Notes: generated from the letters alone by a model not told the origin. DNA of 64,000 nt from an uncultured bacterium (GCA_903847095.1 CAINCQ010000024.1:126618-190617); one strand, 5' to 3'; shown: positions 36,864 to 47,062, counted from the stretch's first letter. Made by a program: numbers and translations.

Positions 36864-38384
36864 TTAATAATTGATTATCGTTTCGCCTTCTTTTAAACCA
36901 GCGATGACCTCGATATAACCATTTTGGCCGGTAATTCCGGTGGTTATTTCCCGTTCTTCGCTTCTTTGGTCATCGATTTTTACCATGACGAAGCTTTTAT
37001 CGTTCTTTTTGATTATCGAGCGGGCGGGGATAGCAACTACGTTATCCCGCTGGCTAACGTCAATATTGACGTTAGCGGTCATTCCCAGTTTTATATCGCC
37101 GATATTTTGATCGAGTTGAAGGGTGATTTTATAGCTTTGGGCCGAGCCTATTTTTTGGGATCCGGGGTCAGTGCCGATAACATGCGCCCCAAAGGTTTTT
37201 CCGCCGATAGCGTCCATTGTCACCGTCGCGGTTTGGCCGGTTTTGATCTTGGCGATATCGGATTCCGCCAGATAAACATCGATTTGCGGACGGGAATTCG
37301 AAAAAATACCGATCAAAGGAATGCCGGCCGACGCGGTCTCGCCGGTCTTCGCGTTTTGCATGCTAACGATGCCATCAATAGGCGAAAAGATCGTTGATTC
37401 GGCGATTTGGTTTTGGATAAAACCAAGCTGGTTTTCGGTATTAGAAACGGCGATTTCCTGTATTTTCACGTTGTCGGGATTAGCGCTCGCCTTTGAACTG
37501 TTATAAATCTGCTTGGACGATAAAATGCCGGCCAAAGTCGAATCAATGGCGATTCGGGAGTTTTGGATGGCCGTTTTGTAAGCGCTATAAACGAGATTAT
37601 CGCTGGCGCTGGTTGAATTGTAAGAATTGATAATAACCGCCAGATCGGTAAGCAAAGACTGGATTTTTCCCAACGAAGTTTCGGCATCGCTTTGGGCTCC
37701 GTCGATATTTTCTTGATCGATATTGCCAAGATCTTTTTCCCATTTATTCATCGAGTCAGTAATATCGCGGCGTTTTTTGTTTAAATCAAAGGACGCTTCA
37801 TAGGGAGCGTTGATCATATAAACTGAATTTCCCTGGGAAACGGTCAAGCCGAACATCGGGTGATCGCTTTCAGGCTGGCTAAAAAACTGGTCTATCGAAG
37901 AACCCATTATTCCATCGGTGGCAATATAAGATTCCTTGATTTTATTGGTCGCGTTTTCCAAGCTATTGTCAATCGCGGTTTTGATTTCCGTTGATCCGCC
38001 GGCGGCGGAATCGGCCGCATTTTCGAGCTGGTTTAATTTGATCCGGGCCCCATCCAAGGAATTTTGGGCTAAACGAAGCTGGATTTCAAGATCGGAAGTA
38101 TCGAGGCTGGCCAAGGCTTGGCCAAGACGCACCGTTTGGCCGATTTTAACGTTGGTGTTGGCAATCTTGCCGCCATGTTCGAACGAAAGGGAAAGATCGT
38201 TTTCGGCTTTAACTTGTCCGCTAGCCGTTACGGTTTCGGTAAGGTCCGCTTTTTTTGCGGTTGCGTAATCAAGCGGTTGCGGGCTGGCATTCGCCCGGCC
38301 AAAATAAATGTAAATGGCGGCCGCTCCGCCGACGATCGCGATCGACAGTACCGCGGTAAATAAGTTTTTTTTGGATATTTTCAT
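36864..38384 (-). CDS. Efflux membrane fusion (adaptor) subunit, HlyD family, with long coiled coil
   Basis: TASGQV, GQTVRLGQALASLD, IFSPIDGIV, KLGMTANV, GLKEGETI. Confidence 0.9.
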   Translation of the reverse strand: MKISKKNLFTAVLSIAIVGGAAAIYIYFGRANASPQPLDYATAKKADLTETVTASGQVKAENDLSLSFEHGGKIANTNVKIGQTVRLGQALASLDTSDLEIQLRLAQNSLDGARIKLNQLENAADSAAGGSTEIKTAIDNSLENATNKIKESYIATDGIMGSSIDQFFSQPESDHPMFGLTVSQGNSVYMINAPYEASFDLNKKRRDITDSMNKWEKDLGNIDQENIDGAQSDAETSLGKIQSLLTDLAVIINSYNSTSASDNLVYSAYKTAIQNSRIAIDSTLAGILSSKQIYNSSKASANPDNVKIQEIAVSNTENQLGFIQNQIAESTIFSPIDGIVSMQNAKTGETASAGIPLIGIFSNSRPQIDVYLAESDIAKIKTGQTATVTMDAIGGKTFGAHVIGTDPGSQKIGSAQSYKITLQLDQNIGDIKLGMTANVNIDVSQRDNVVAIPARSIIKKNDKSFVMVKIDDQRSEEREITTGITGQNGYIEVIAGLKEGETIINY

Positions 38385-38788
38385 GCGATTATTTTATTTA
38401 AAATCGTTCTCAAGTCTTCTTTTTCTTTTTTACTTAATTTGGAAAGAATTTTTTCCATACGCTTGGACAGATCCTTGATCCCGTATTCGTACGCGATTTT
38501 TCCTTTATCGGTCAATACCAGGCGGACGATCCGGCGATCGTTCGCGTCGGGAACGCGGCTGATGTTATCCAATTCCACCAGCCGTTCGATAACCGCGGTT
38601 GCCGAAGGGGAAGTGATGCAAAAATTATCGGCGATATCTTTCATCGTAGGCTCCTTGTTCGAATCGATAAAACTCAGCACTTTTATCTGAAAAAACGAAA
38701 AGTTATGCTTATCTCCGAGCGGGGTTTTTTCGCGCATCAGGCGGCCTATTTTGAATATCAGCGAGATGAGTTGTTCTTGCGTGTTCAT
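38381..38788 (-). CDS. MarR family transcriptional regulator
   Basis: ITSPSATAVIERLV..DRRIVRLVLTDKG; first gene of the efflux operon. Confidence 0.93.
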   Translation of the reverse strand: MNTQEQLISLIFKIGRLMREKTPLGDKHNFSFFQIKVLSFIDSNKEPTMKDIADNFCITSPSATAVIERLVELDNISRVPDANDRRIVRLVLTDKGKIAYEYGIKDLSKRMEKILSKLSKKEKEDLRTILNKIIA

Positions 38789-39075
38789 TTTTAAGCTCCC
38801 GGTTTTTTTGGAAAATCGGGAATTATTAGATTATCTAACTATTAAACATCAGAAGTATATTCTTGTTTGCCTTTTTTGTCAAACAGAGATGCGGGGTCGG
38901 CCGGGCCGAAGTTTTTTTATGGTTTAAGCCAATGGCAATCGTATCCGGGAAGAATAAAATGGTTTGCGGGTATTTGATCCATACCGGCAAAAATATTCCT
39001 CTTTTTTTAAAATAATATTCATTTGAAAATAAGCGGAAAAAAAGATACATTGGATAAAATAGGTTTTTGACGGAC

Positions 39076-40287
39076 ATGAAAAAATATACTTTATTCACCG
39101 GTGCCGATTTCAGGGTTTTTTTGGCGGAAATGGCGATGCTTGGCGGGTATGACGACTTGGTTTTTTTACATAGCCGGCCTTTTGGCGGTATTTATATTTC
39201 GGAGGCCAATCAAAAGAAAACGGCTTCGGCCGGTTTCGAATTGTATTCCGATACCAAGGCGTTCAAGGATTTGATCAAAAAAGGCAATGACTATTCGGAG
39301 CGGGTGAAAGAATCGATCGCGCGCTATCCGGAAGCGGAATTCAATAATAAGACTTCGACGGAGCTAAAGCGGATCTTGAATGAATATTACGCCGTAGGGA
39401 TTCCGTTCCTTAAAATTTACAGCTTTACCGAGGGAATTTATTCGCCGCTGATCGATAGGACGATAAGGAGCTTTGTTTTTCAAAACATCAAAGAGGAAGA
39501 TCAAGCGGCGCGCGCGTTCGGGCTCTTATTGAATCCCATTGATAAGAAAAAAATCAGGGGCGAACGGGAGCGGATTTTCAAAGTTACGGCGGCGCCCGGT
39601 ATCATAATAGGCTTGTGCCGGTCGGTCCGGGAAATGGGGAAGGCCAAATTCGCGATGCGCAAAACGCTCAATCAAAGCTACGGATTTTTAACTTCTTTGC
39701 TCAAAGTTATTGCCCATAGGAATTATTTTTCCGAAGCGCAACTACAGGCGTGCAAGCATTGCGAAACCAACGCGATTCTGAATAAAAAAAAGATTGATAT
39801 CGGAGAGATCAATCAACGGGTAAAGTGTTTCGTGGCTCTTTGCCAAAACGGAAAACCCGAGTTTTTTACCGGAAAGGCCGCGCAAAAAATCATTAACCAG
39901 GTTAAATTCACTGTTCCAAAAAATTTAACGGAGTTTAAAGGAGATCCCGCGAGCGCGGGGCGGGCAGTCGGTCGGGTAAAGATCATTCCGGTGATCATGG
40001 CCAAGAGCGGCCAGGGGGTGCTTTGGGCGAAGATCAGGGAAATGGAAAAAGGGGATATCTTGGTTGCCAATACCACCGGACCGGAAATGGTGATGGCTTG
40101 CAAGAAGGCCGGGGCGATCGTGGCCAATGAAGGAGGGATCAATTCCCACGCGGCAATCGTTTCCCGCGAGCTGGGAATTCCCGGAATAGTGAATACCAAG
40201 ATCGCCACCCAAGTGTTGAAAGACGGTGATATCGTTGAAGTGGACGCGAACAGCGGAACCGTAAAGATCATTAATAAAGCAGCCTAG
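39076..40287 (+). CDS. PEP-utilising enzyme His-swivel (mobile) domain protein with an unknown N-terminal domain
   Basis: GDILVANTTGPE..AGAIVANEGGINSHAAIVSRELGIP..GDIVEVDA; no ATP-grasp domain. Confidence 0.88.
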   Translation: MKKYTLFTGADFRVFLAEMAMLGGYDDLVFLHSRPFGGIYISEANQKKTASAGFELYSDTKAFKDLIKKGNDYSERVKESIARYPEAEFNNKTSTELKRILNEYYAVGIPFLKIYSFTEGIYSPLIDRTIRSFVFQNIKEEDQAARAFGLLLNPIDKKKIRGERERIFKVTAAPGIIIGLCRSVREMGKAKFAMRKTLNQSYGFLTSLLKVIAHRNYFSEAQLQACKHCETNAILNKKKIDIGEINQRVKCFVALCQNGKPEFFTGKAAQKIINQVKFTVPKNLTEFKGDPASAGRAVGRVKIIPVIMAKSGQGVLWAKIREMEKGDILVANTTGPEMVMACKKAGAIVANEGGINSHAAIVSRELGIPGIVNTKIATQVLKDGDIVEVDANSGTVKIINKAA

Positions 40288-40563
40288 TGCCCCATTAACT
40301 TAATTTCGTCGATTTAGAACATTCAAATCCGGCCAGTTTCAATGAACGACGACGAAATTGTACGCCTCGGCGGTACATTGAGGAGGAGTGAAGCGGAAAA
40401 TGGCCGAATTTCAATGTTCCCGAAGGGCGGAATCTATTTAGCCTGTCTTCGTCGTTGCTCGTCGCTAATGTACCGCACAGGGTACATTACGCTCCTCGCG
40501 CCTAGAATTCAGGCCAAATAGATTCCGCTAAATCGACGAAATTAAATTAATGTGGCACTGGGC
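40282..40563. mobile_element. Non-autonomous MITE-like palindromic element
   Basis: Terminal inverted repeats 40283-40317 and 40528-40562 match at 32/35; two internal long hairpins; no ORF. Confidence 0.75.
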
Positions 40564-40595
40564 AAAAAAAAAGAGGAAGGTTAATGCCTATCCTC

Positions 40596-41195
40596 TTATA
40601 CGTCTACGGCTATATCGAATACCAATGGTTTGGCATTCGGCACATTAACAGACAGGGCGGTGGTGAGCGGGATGCCGACCAAGCTCAAGAGAGCCAGATA
40701 GGTTTCCGAGTGTCCCACCAGGACCACGGGTCCGTCAGCCGTTTTGAGTATCTCCAAGATCGCTTGGGCAGTTTTGGAAACATAATCCCGGCATGATTCT
40801 AACCCGGGCCAGCCTTTTTCGTACCAGTACCATTGCCAAGTCATTCCGCTGGCTTCAACGGCTGCCAGAAGTTCTGCGACATTCACGCCGGAAGTATCCA
40901 GGCTCGCTATCGATTCTTTTTTTGTCCACGGGACATTCAGCCCCGCGGAAAGGGTTGTGGCGGTTTCTGCGGTTCGGTTCATCGAACTGGCTACGATAAT
41001 CGTGGGTTTATATCTTCCTACCTTTTCAATTATCGCCATTACCTGGAGCAGGCCATCGCGCGTGAGATGCGGGTCGGAACAGTCCTTGTATATATTGACC
41101 AATCCGACTGATCCATGTCTCACGAAGATAACCTTTACCCTTTTTTTCTTATTTTTCCTCGAATCAGTTTTCAATAGAGCCACCTCCTTAGGCAA
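40596..41195 (-). CDS. Histidine phosphatase (phosphoglycerate mutase-like) family protein
   Basis: FVRHG, LTRDG..Q, SSMNRTAETA, VLVGH; start codon uncertain. Confidence 0.85.
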   Translation of the reverse strand: MPKEVALLKTDSRKNKKKRVKVIFVRHGSVGLVNIYKDCSDPHLTRDGLLQVMAIIEKVGRYKPTIIVASSMNRTAETATTLSAGLNVPWTKKESIASLDTSGVNVAELLAAVEASGMTWQWYWYEKGWPGLESCRDYVSKTAQAILEILKTADGPVVLVGHSETYLALLSLVGIPLTTALSVNVPNAKPLVFDIAVDV

Positions 41196-41235
41196 CCTAA
41201 TTAATTATAAAATAAAATTATTAAAAAGTCAAGAT

Positions 41236-42180
41236 ATGGAAAATTATAAATTCATTAGTTTTTTTGAACAAATTTCGGGCAGCGACGCAAAAACAGCCGG
41301 GGGAAAGGCGGCTAATTTGGGCAAGTTGGCCAAAGCGGGCATTCCGGTGCCGGCCGGGTTTGTGATTTTAGCCCCAGCTTTTTTGGAGATTGAAAAAACC
41401 ACGGATATCGGCGAAAAAATAAGAGCGGCTAAGGCAGGGATAGAAATCGGCGATGCCGAGTCGGTAAGAAAGGGGTCGGCAGCGATCAAAAAAATCATTA
41501 TGGCTGCGAAGGCGGATGATTTGGAAGAAGAAGCGCTGGCCGCTTTTGCGGCCTTGGGCGCCAAACGCGTTTCCGTGCGCAGTTCGGCTACCTCGGAAGA
41601 TTCCAAAAGCGCTTCCTGGGCCGGCCAGCTGGAAACGAATTTGAATATCGCTAAATTTGATTTAATCGAAAACATTAAAAAATGCTGGGCATCCTTGTAT
41701 GGTGAAAGAGCGTTGTTGTACGCAGCGGAACAAAAGCTGGAAGAGAAAAAGAATTCCGTGGCTGTAATCGTCCAAACAATGGTTGATTCCGAAGTTTCCG
41801 GCGTTTGTTTTACCGTTCATCCGGTTACGCAAAATAAAAAACAAATGGTTATCGAAGCGGTGTGGGGATTGGGTGAGAGTTTGGTTCAAGGATCGGTAAC
41901 GCCCGACCGTTATGTGGTGGCGAAAATCGGCCGGATAATCGAGGAAGTCGATGCCAACGACCAGGAAAAGATGATTACCCAAACAGTTAAAGGTGCGGAT
42001 TGGGCCAAGGTGCCGGCGGCAAAGCGATCGGCGCAAAAGCTGGCCGGTAAAGAGATCATTGAGTTAGGCGATTTGTGTTTAAAGATCGAACGGCTCTATA
42101 AATCGCCGCAAGACATCGAATGGGCCAAAGAAAAGGGTAAATTCTATATTTTGCAGACGCGCCCGATCACGACTTTATAA
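41236..42180 (+). CDS. Stand-alone PEP/pyruvate-binding ATP-grasp domain (PEP synthase N-terminus-like)
   Basis: GGKAANLG, VSVRSSATSED..SWAGQ, WGLGESLVQGSVTPD, PQDIEWA, ILQTRPITT; the ATG at 41236 is more plausible than the ORF-track start at 40957. Confidence 0.92.
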   Translation: MENYKFISFFEQISGSDAKTAGGKAANLGKLAKAGIPVPAGFVILAPAFLEIEKTTDIGEKIRAAKAGIEIGDAESVRKGSAAIKKIIMAAKADDLEEEALAAFAALGAKRVSVRSSATSEDSKSASWAGQLETNLNIAKFDLIENIKKCWASLYGERALLYAAEQKLEEKKNSVAVIVQTMVDSEVSGVCFTVHPVTQNKKQMVIEAVWGLGESLVQGSVTPDRYVVAKIGRIIEEVDANDQEKMITQTVKGADWAKVPAAKRSAQKLAGKEIIELGDLCLKIERLYKSPQDIEWAKEKGKFYILQTRPITTL

Positions 42181-42257
42181 AATTTTTTGAAAACAGTGCT
42201 AAAAAAAGATAAACTGAATAAAGTCAATATACGCGTTTAATGATATTGCCTAAAAAT

Positions 42258-43175
42258 ATGGATAACAATTTTAATCAAGACATCGGAGGTTCGAAGGGCA
42301 GGTTGTTTATGGCGTTCCTTGGGCTGGTTATCGTGATTTTATCGTCGATCATGATTTTCCTCTTCACTTCGGAACGGCCTTCGCCCGACCCCTTGGAGAA
42401 ATACGTGGCTGGTTTTGTGCTTGTTGTTTTTGCGATAATAATTTTTGTTCCGGCTCTTCTTTTTAAGCCTCAGCCAGCTGTCAAAAAAATATTTTTTCGT
42501 TTTGAAATTTTAACAGGGTTGGCTTTTTTAGCGGTCGGGTTTTTTTATAAAGATTGGTCTGTGGCGGTCTTTTTGGGTCTTGGCACAATCATTGCCAGTT
42601 TGATAAGCAAGTTTAGGCAGAAAAGAATGGAAAAATCCAGCGAACCGCTTTCCGATCAAACAACAGTTAACAATATTTCTTCTAAGGAGCAAAAACAGGT
42701 CAGGATTTTTTTTATGGTATTGTACAGTCTTGCGGCCATTTGTTCTTTGCCGTTTTTGTATTTTAGGTATCTTTACGTTCAAAATAACGTACCAGAACCA
42801 ATTACGGAACCCAAAACAAGCTTGGATATGATGGAAGCTGTTGCGATCGCAGAAGAGTCATGTATTAAAGGCGAAGAATTTCTTGGCCTTCCAGTCTTTA
42901 ACAAAGAAATCGAGGCTTGGGTGTTCGATATAAATCTTAGCATTGCTAAAGAAGGGTGCGAGCCGGTGTGCGCGGTTTTTGAAGATTCGAAAAGCGCGGA
43001 AATCAAGTGGCGCTGCGCTGGAGTTATTTCAGCGGTTGGTGATGAAACGGGAGTGATAACCAATTTTGAAAAATGCTTGGCGGCCGGTAATCCGGTTATT
43101 GAAACTTATCCCCGGCAATGCCGCGCTAATGGTGAAGCGTTTGTTGAACAAATTGTCGGACAAGAAATTAAGTGA
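42258..43175 (+). CDS. Hypothetical membrane protein with Cys-rich extracellular modules
   Basis: About 5 TM helices, then GCEPVCAV..AEIKWRC and ITNFEKCLAAGNPVIETYPRQC. Confidence 0.7.
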   Translation: MDNNFNQDIGGSKGRLFMAFLGLVIVILSSIMIFLFTSERPSPDPLEKYVAGFVLVVFAIIIFVPALLFKPQPAVKKIFFRFEILTGLAFLAVGFFYKDWSVAVFLGLGTIIASLISKFRQKRMEKSSEPLSDQTTVNNISSKEQKQVRIFFMVLYSLAAICSLPFLYFRYLYVQNNVPEPITEPKTSLDMMEAVAIAEESCIKGEEFLGLPVFNKEIEAWVFDINLSIAKEGCEPVCAVFEDSKSAEIKWRCAGVISAVGDETGVITNFEKCLAAGNPVIETYPRQCRANGEAFVEQIVGQEIK

Positions 43176-43236
43176 ACATTACGCAATTTCCTGTACGGAT
43201 TAAGTTCCGGCTATCGAAAGAAGGAATTTTAAAATT

Positions 43237-44136
43237 ATGCATTGGATCATTCCGGCGCTTATCGCGCCATTTTTGAACGCGATCGTAAACTTCATCGATA
43301 AATATCTGGTTACCAGGCAAGTTAAAAATTGCCTGGCGATGCAATTGTATACCTCGATTGTGAGTTTTTGTTTTGGGGTGCTCGTTTGGGCAGGGCTTGG
43401 TTTTCCTTCTTTCGGCGGTCTGAGCGTTTTTTATGGGCTGGCCGCGGGCGTGTTGTTTTCGGTCGCGGGAATCGGTTATTATTATGTGCTTTCCCGAAAG
43501 GATGTGAGCGATATGATTTTTCTTTACGCTCTGACACCGGTGTTTGTTTTTCTTTTTGCAAATTTCATTCTTCGGGAGGCGATATCATATAGCCAGTTTC
43601 TCGGTTTTTTACTGATTTTGTCAGCTGCGATATCGGTATCGGCGAGAAAAAAGGCGAATATTCCGCTGCTTTCATTTACCGCTTTTCTAATATTGGGGAT
43701 GGATATATTGTTCGCGCTGGCGATCGTGATGGTGAAGCTGGCATTCAACGCAAGTTCTTTTGCCGTTATGCTGGTTTATGAAGGCTGGGGATTGGGCTTG
43801 GGTGGAATTTTGATTTATTTTTTTTCCGCCAGGATGAGGAGTGCGTTTTGGGAAAATTTTAAAACCACGTCGGTTAAGGCATTTGGCATTATAGGAATAA
43901 GCGAAACTTTAACGGTGTTGTTGAACTGGATCGGTTATTACGCGTTATCGATTGGCCCGGTGGCTCTGGTGAGCGTGGTCGGTGGAGTGCGTCCTTTTTT
44001 TGCCATAATCCTCGGTTATCTGTTGACCCTGTTTATTCCTTCGGCTATCAGCGAGGATATTTCCAAAGAAACGTTATCGCGGAAAATTCTCGCCGCCATA
44101 ATTTTAACTATCGGCTTGTATTTTACTTATACTTGA
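43237..44136 (+). CDS. EamA/DMT family transporter
   Basis: About 10 TM helices in two repeats; NFIDKYL, ALSIGPVALV. Confidence 0.85.
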   Translation: MHWIIPALIAPFLNAIVNFIDKYLVTRQVKNCLAMQLYTSIVSFCFGVLVWAGLGFPSFGGLSVFYGLAAGVLFSVAGIGYYYVLSRKDVSDMIFLYALTPVFVFLFANFILREAISYSQFLGFLLILSAAISVSARKKANIPLLSFTAFLILGMDILFALAIVMVKLAFNASSFAVMLVYEGWGLGLGGILIYFFSARMRSAFWENFKTTSVKAFGIIGISETLTVLLNWIGYYALSIGPVALVSVVGGVRPFFAIILGYLLTLFIPSAISEDISKETLSRKILAAIILTIGLYFTYT

Positions 44137-44273
44137 TATTTTTGAGGCGAAAGAATGAATGGATTAATTCACGGTAATCCCAAAAAAAAGTATGTTGATT
44201 TCTGATCCCTGAATTCTTGACGTTTTTGGAATAATAGATAAGTATCTAAGAAGAACATTGAGGAGGTAAGAAT

Positions 44274-44792
44274 ATGTGCCAAGAAAAAGGAGCGGAAAAA
44301 CCGATTGAATATAAAATGGAGTGGCAGAAAAAAAGAGATGAGTTTCGGGAAAGATGGAGTTTTGTCAGAAAGATCGACGAATACTCGATGAAGCTGATTT
44401 CCCTGCAATGGCAGGGGGATAACGTTTTTCATACCGGAAAGCGGGTGGATATGACGATTCCCGGTCCGGTGATCGATTTGGCCAAGGGTATTGCCTGCTG
44501 GAACACCCCGGTGAAGATCTTTATCCTTGGGAGCGGAAAATGCCGCGTGACGGTTACTAACGATTTGGATTGGAAGATTCAAAAGATCATTGACGCGTAC
44601 AGCAGCCAGAACGGCCGAAATCCGCCCGAATGGGAAAGGCGCCGGCTCTATATGGGCTATGACGGGATTTGTTTGAAAGGAGGGCCCGACCATATTGCTG
44701 ACATGGAGAAAGCCCAGAAATTTGGATATTTCCTCTGGTATCTTGCCGATGATTTCAAATGGGGATATGCCGGTATTGTAGCGGGGATATGA
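44274..44792 (+). CDS. Hypothetical protein (ORFan)
   Basis: GAGGAGGT RBS; terminator overlapping the stop. Confidence 0.6.
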   Translation: MCQEKGAEKPIEYKMEWQKKRDEFRERWSFVRKIDEYSMKLISLQWQGDNVFHTGKRVDMTIPGPVIDLAKGIACWNTPVKIFILGSGKCRVTVTNDLDWKIQKIIDAYSSQNGRNPPEWERRRLYMGYDGICLKGGPDHIADMEKAQKFGYFLWYLADDFKWGYAGIVAGI

Positions 44793-44864
44793 ATCTCCGC
44801 TTTTTAATTGTCAAAGCGTCAAAATATTGACGAATCTAAAAAAACAATTTACAATATAAATAAG

Positions 44865-45065
44865 GTGATTTGGTTGCAAATAGGGTTGATTTTGGCTGCT
44901 ACGGTGGCTTTCGGACTTGCCGCGCTCCTGTTTGGAGCAGCGACTGCGATCTCATACCGGCAGCAGAGGAAGGGATTAGCCGGGATCATGGCTATTGCCA
45001 CGGCCGTGATGTTGGCAATGGGCTGGTGTATTTTCAGCCCGATAGCCTGGTTGCCCTTGAAATAG
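44865..45065 (+). CDS. Small two-TM hypothetical protein
   Basis: Two hydrophobic helices; start codon uncertain (GTG at 44865 assumed). Confidence 0.45.
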   Translation: MIWLQIGLILAATVAFGLAALLFGAATAISYRQQRKGLAGIMAIATAVMLAMGWCIFSPIAWLPLK

Positions 45066-45138
45066 CGAGCTGGCAAAGCGGATAAACATCTCCGTTTTTA
45101 TTTTATTCATTTTTTGTACTATTATTTAAGAAATAATA

Positions 45139-46395
45139 ATGGCTAACGAAACAAAACAATTTGACGTGGCGGTGGTTGGGGCCGGGCCGGCCGGGATGAT
45201 GGCCGCGGTCGCGGCGGCCGAGCTTGGCGCTCGGGTCATCGTTTTGGAAAAGAACAGCCGGCCGGGGATCAAGCTTATGCTTACCGGTAATGGCCGGTGT
45301 AATTTTACCAATGCCGAACAAGACATTCGCAAGCTGGTTGGCGCCTATGGGGACAATGGATCGTTTCTGTTCCACGCGTTTTCGCGTTTTGGTTCCAAAA
45401 ATATCAGAGCTTTTTTTGAAGGTATGGGGGTTCGCTTAAAGATCGAAGACCGGTTCAGGGTATTTCCGGAAAGCGATAGGGCTAAAGATATTCTGGATGC
45501 TTTGGAAAACCGTTTAAGATGCGCCGCGGTCGCCATTAAATATGAAACCGCGGTAACGGGTTTTTTGCGCGAAGGGCGCTTGCTTAAAGAAGCGGTTTTA
45601 AACGACGGAGCGGTAAAGGCCCGTAATTTTGTTATTGCTTCCGGCGGAAGATCTTATGAATTGACCGGTTCAACCGGGGATGGCTATCGCTGGGCGCGGG
45701 ACCTTGGTCATAAGGTTATCAAGCCCAAGCCAATGCTGGTGCCGGTAAAGATCAAAGAATTTTGGGTTAAAAATTTGTCGGGCGTGAGCCTAAAGAGGGC
45801 GGGGATCAGGATAGTCGAGAATGGCAAGAAGAGTCCGATGGCGATCGGGGAATGTCTGTTTACCCATTTTGGTTTGAGTGGTCCGCTGGTTCTTGATTTA
45901 AGCGGCCGGATCGGGAATGCGCTCAAAGGGGGGCCGGTAAAACTTTTGATCAGTTTCTTCCCTCAAAAAAGCCCGGCAGAGATCGAGCAGGATATCATAG
46001 CCGATCTGAAGAATGGGAAAAACAAGGAATTAAAAAACTGCTTTACGGAATTAATGCCCAAAATTTTAACCTCGGCCATCTTATCGCTGGCCGGAGTTGA
46101 TCAAGAAAAACACGCCAACAGTTTAACCCGGGAGGAACGGCAGAAGATTGTTTCTTTATTATTCCAAACGCCGGTAACGGCTACGGGTTTATTGGGTTTT
46201 GATCTGGCGATCATAACCGGCGGCGGGATCGATCCAAAAGAGATTGATGCGAAAACCATGAGGTCAAAGCTGGTTGATAATCTGTTCTTTGCCGGCGAGA
46301 TCATTAATGTTCATGGTGTTACCGGGGGTTATAATTTGCAGCAATGCTGGAGCACCGGTTATCTGGCCGGAACAGCGGCCGCGAAAAACTTTTAA
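45139..46395 (+). CDS. HI0933/YhiN (BaiN) family flavoprotein
   Basis: GAGPAGMMAA, TGNGRCNFTN, GSTGDGY, LFTHFGLSGP, TGGYNLQQCWSTG. Confidence 0.93.
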   Translation: MANETKQFDVAVVGAGPAGMMAAVAAAELGARVIVLEKNSRPGIKLMLTGNGRCNFTNAEQDIRKLVGAYGDNGSFLFHAFSRFGSKNIRAFFEGMGVRLKIEDRFRVFPESDRAKDILDALENRLRCAAVAIKYETAVTGFLREGRLLKEAVLNDGAVKARNFVIASGGRSYELTGSTGDGYRWARDLGHKVIKPKPMLVPVKIKEFWVKNLSGVSLKRAGIRIVENGKKSPMAIGECLFTHFGLSGPLVLDLSGRIGNALKGGPVKLLISFFPQKSPAEIEQDIIADLKNGKNKELKNCFTELMPKILTSAILSLAGVDQEKHANSLTREERQKIVSLLFQTPVTATGLLGFDLAIITGGGIDPKEIDAKTMRSKLVDNLFFAGEIINVHGVTGGYNLQQCWSTGYLAGTAAAKNF

Positions 46396-46432
46396 GAAAG
46401 CAGGAAAATAATAACCAAGAATAAAACGGCTT

Positions 46433-47062
46433 TTATGAGCCGTTTGGTTTTTCATCGGTTTCTTCCCAGCCGTCCAGTATGCGCTTGGTGCCGATGGCGA
46501 TGTTGTCGCAAACAGGGCACTGGCAGAAATTTCCCGCCAGGATCAGGTCGCGCAACGTGTTTTCGCAAATGCCTTCTCCCAGGTTTGACGCGACCTTGAT
46601 GATGGCTGCCGCCAAATTCTGGAAGGCGAAGAATTCGCAATTTTTTGCGCGCAACCGGATGTTCTTTATCAGGAATTCAGCCTCGTTTTCGTTGACGTAC
46701 GTAATCAGCCCTTCGGCCTTTTTATACATCAGATGGCTCATCCGCTGGCATAGGACGACATGCGCCAGGTCGATAGGAAATTCCGTATCGATCAAGGCTA
46801 GCTTTACCGATTCTTCGAAATGGTAGCCAAGCGCTCCCAAGATCGTCAAGCCGGATTTTTTGTTCTGCATCTGTTCGGCGATCGCAGCCAGGGCGATGAA
46901 GCGGGGAATTTCCGTTGCGTAAGCCGGGCTGCCCAGAAGTTCGGATATGCAGCCTGCCATTTTGAACGGTTCGTCCCTGATCATGAGGCGGCCGAGCTTT
47001 TCGATCGTTGGTTCCCGGTTTACAACCGAGATCGTGCCTTTTCTTTCGGGAATATCTTTCAT
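46433..47062 (-). CDS. Hypothetical helical protein
   Basis: TTGACA-16nt-TATAAT promoter (47111-47084) and GGAGGA RBS. Confidence 0.65.
   Translation of the reverse strand: MKDIPERKGTISVVNREPTIEKLGRLMIRDEPFKMAGCISELLGSPAYATEIPRFIALAAIAEQMQNKKSGLTILGALGYHFEESVKLALIDTEFPIDLAHVVLCQRMSHLMYKKAEGLITYVNENEAEFLIKNIRLRAKNCEFFAFQNLAAAIIKVASNLGEGICENTLRDLILAGNFCQCPVCDNIAIGTKRILDGWEETDEKPNGS

Noticed and set aside
40957-41235. N-terminal extension of the ATP-grasp gene in the ORF track
   Set aside because: Overlaps the divergent phosphatase gene; family similarity begins at the ATG at 41236
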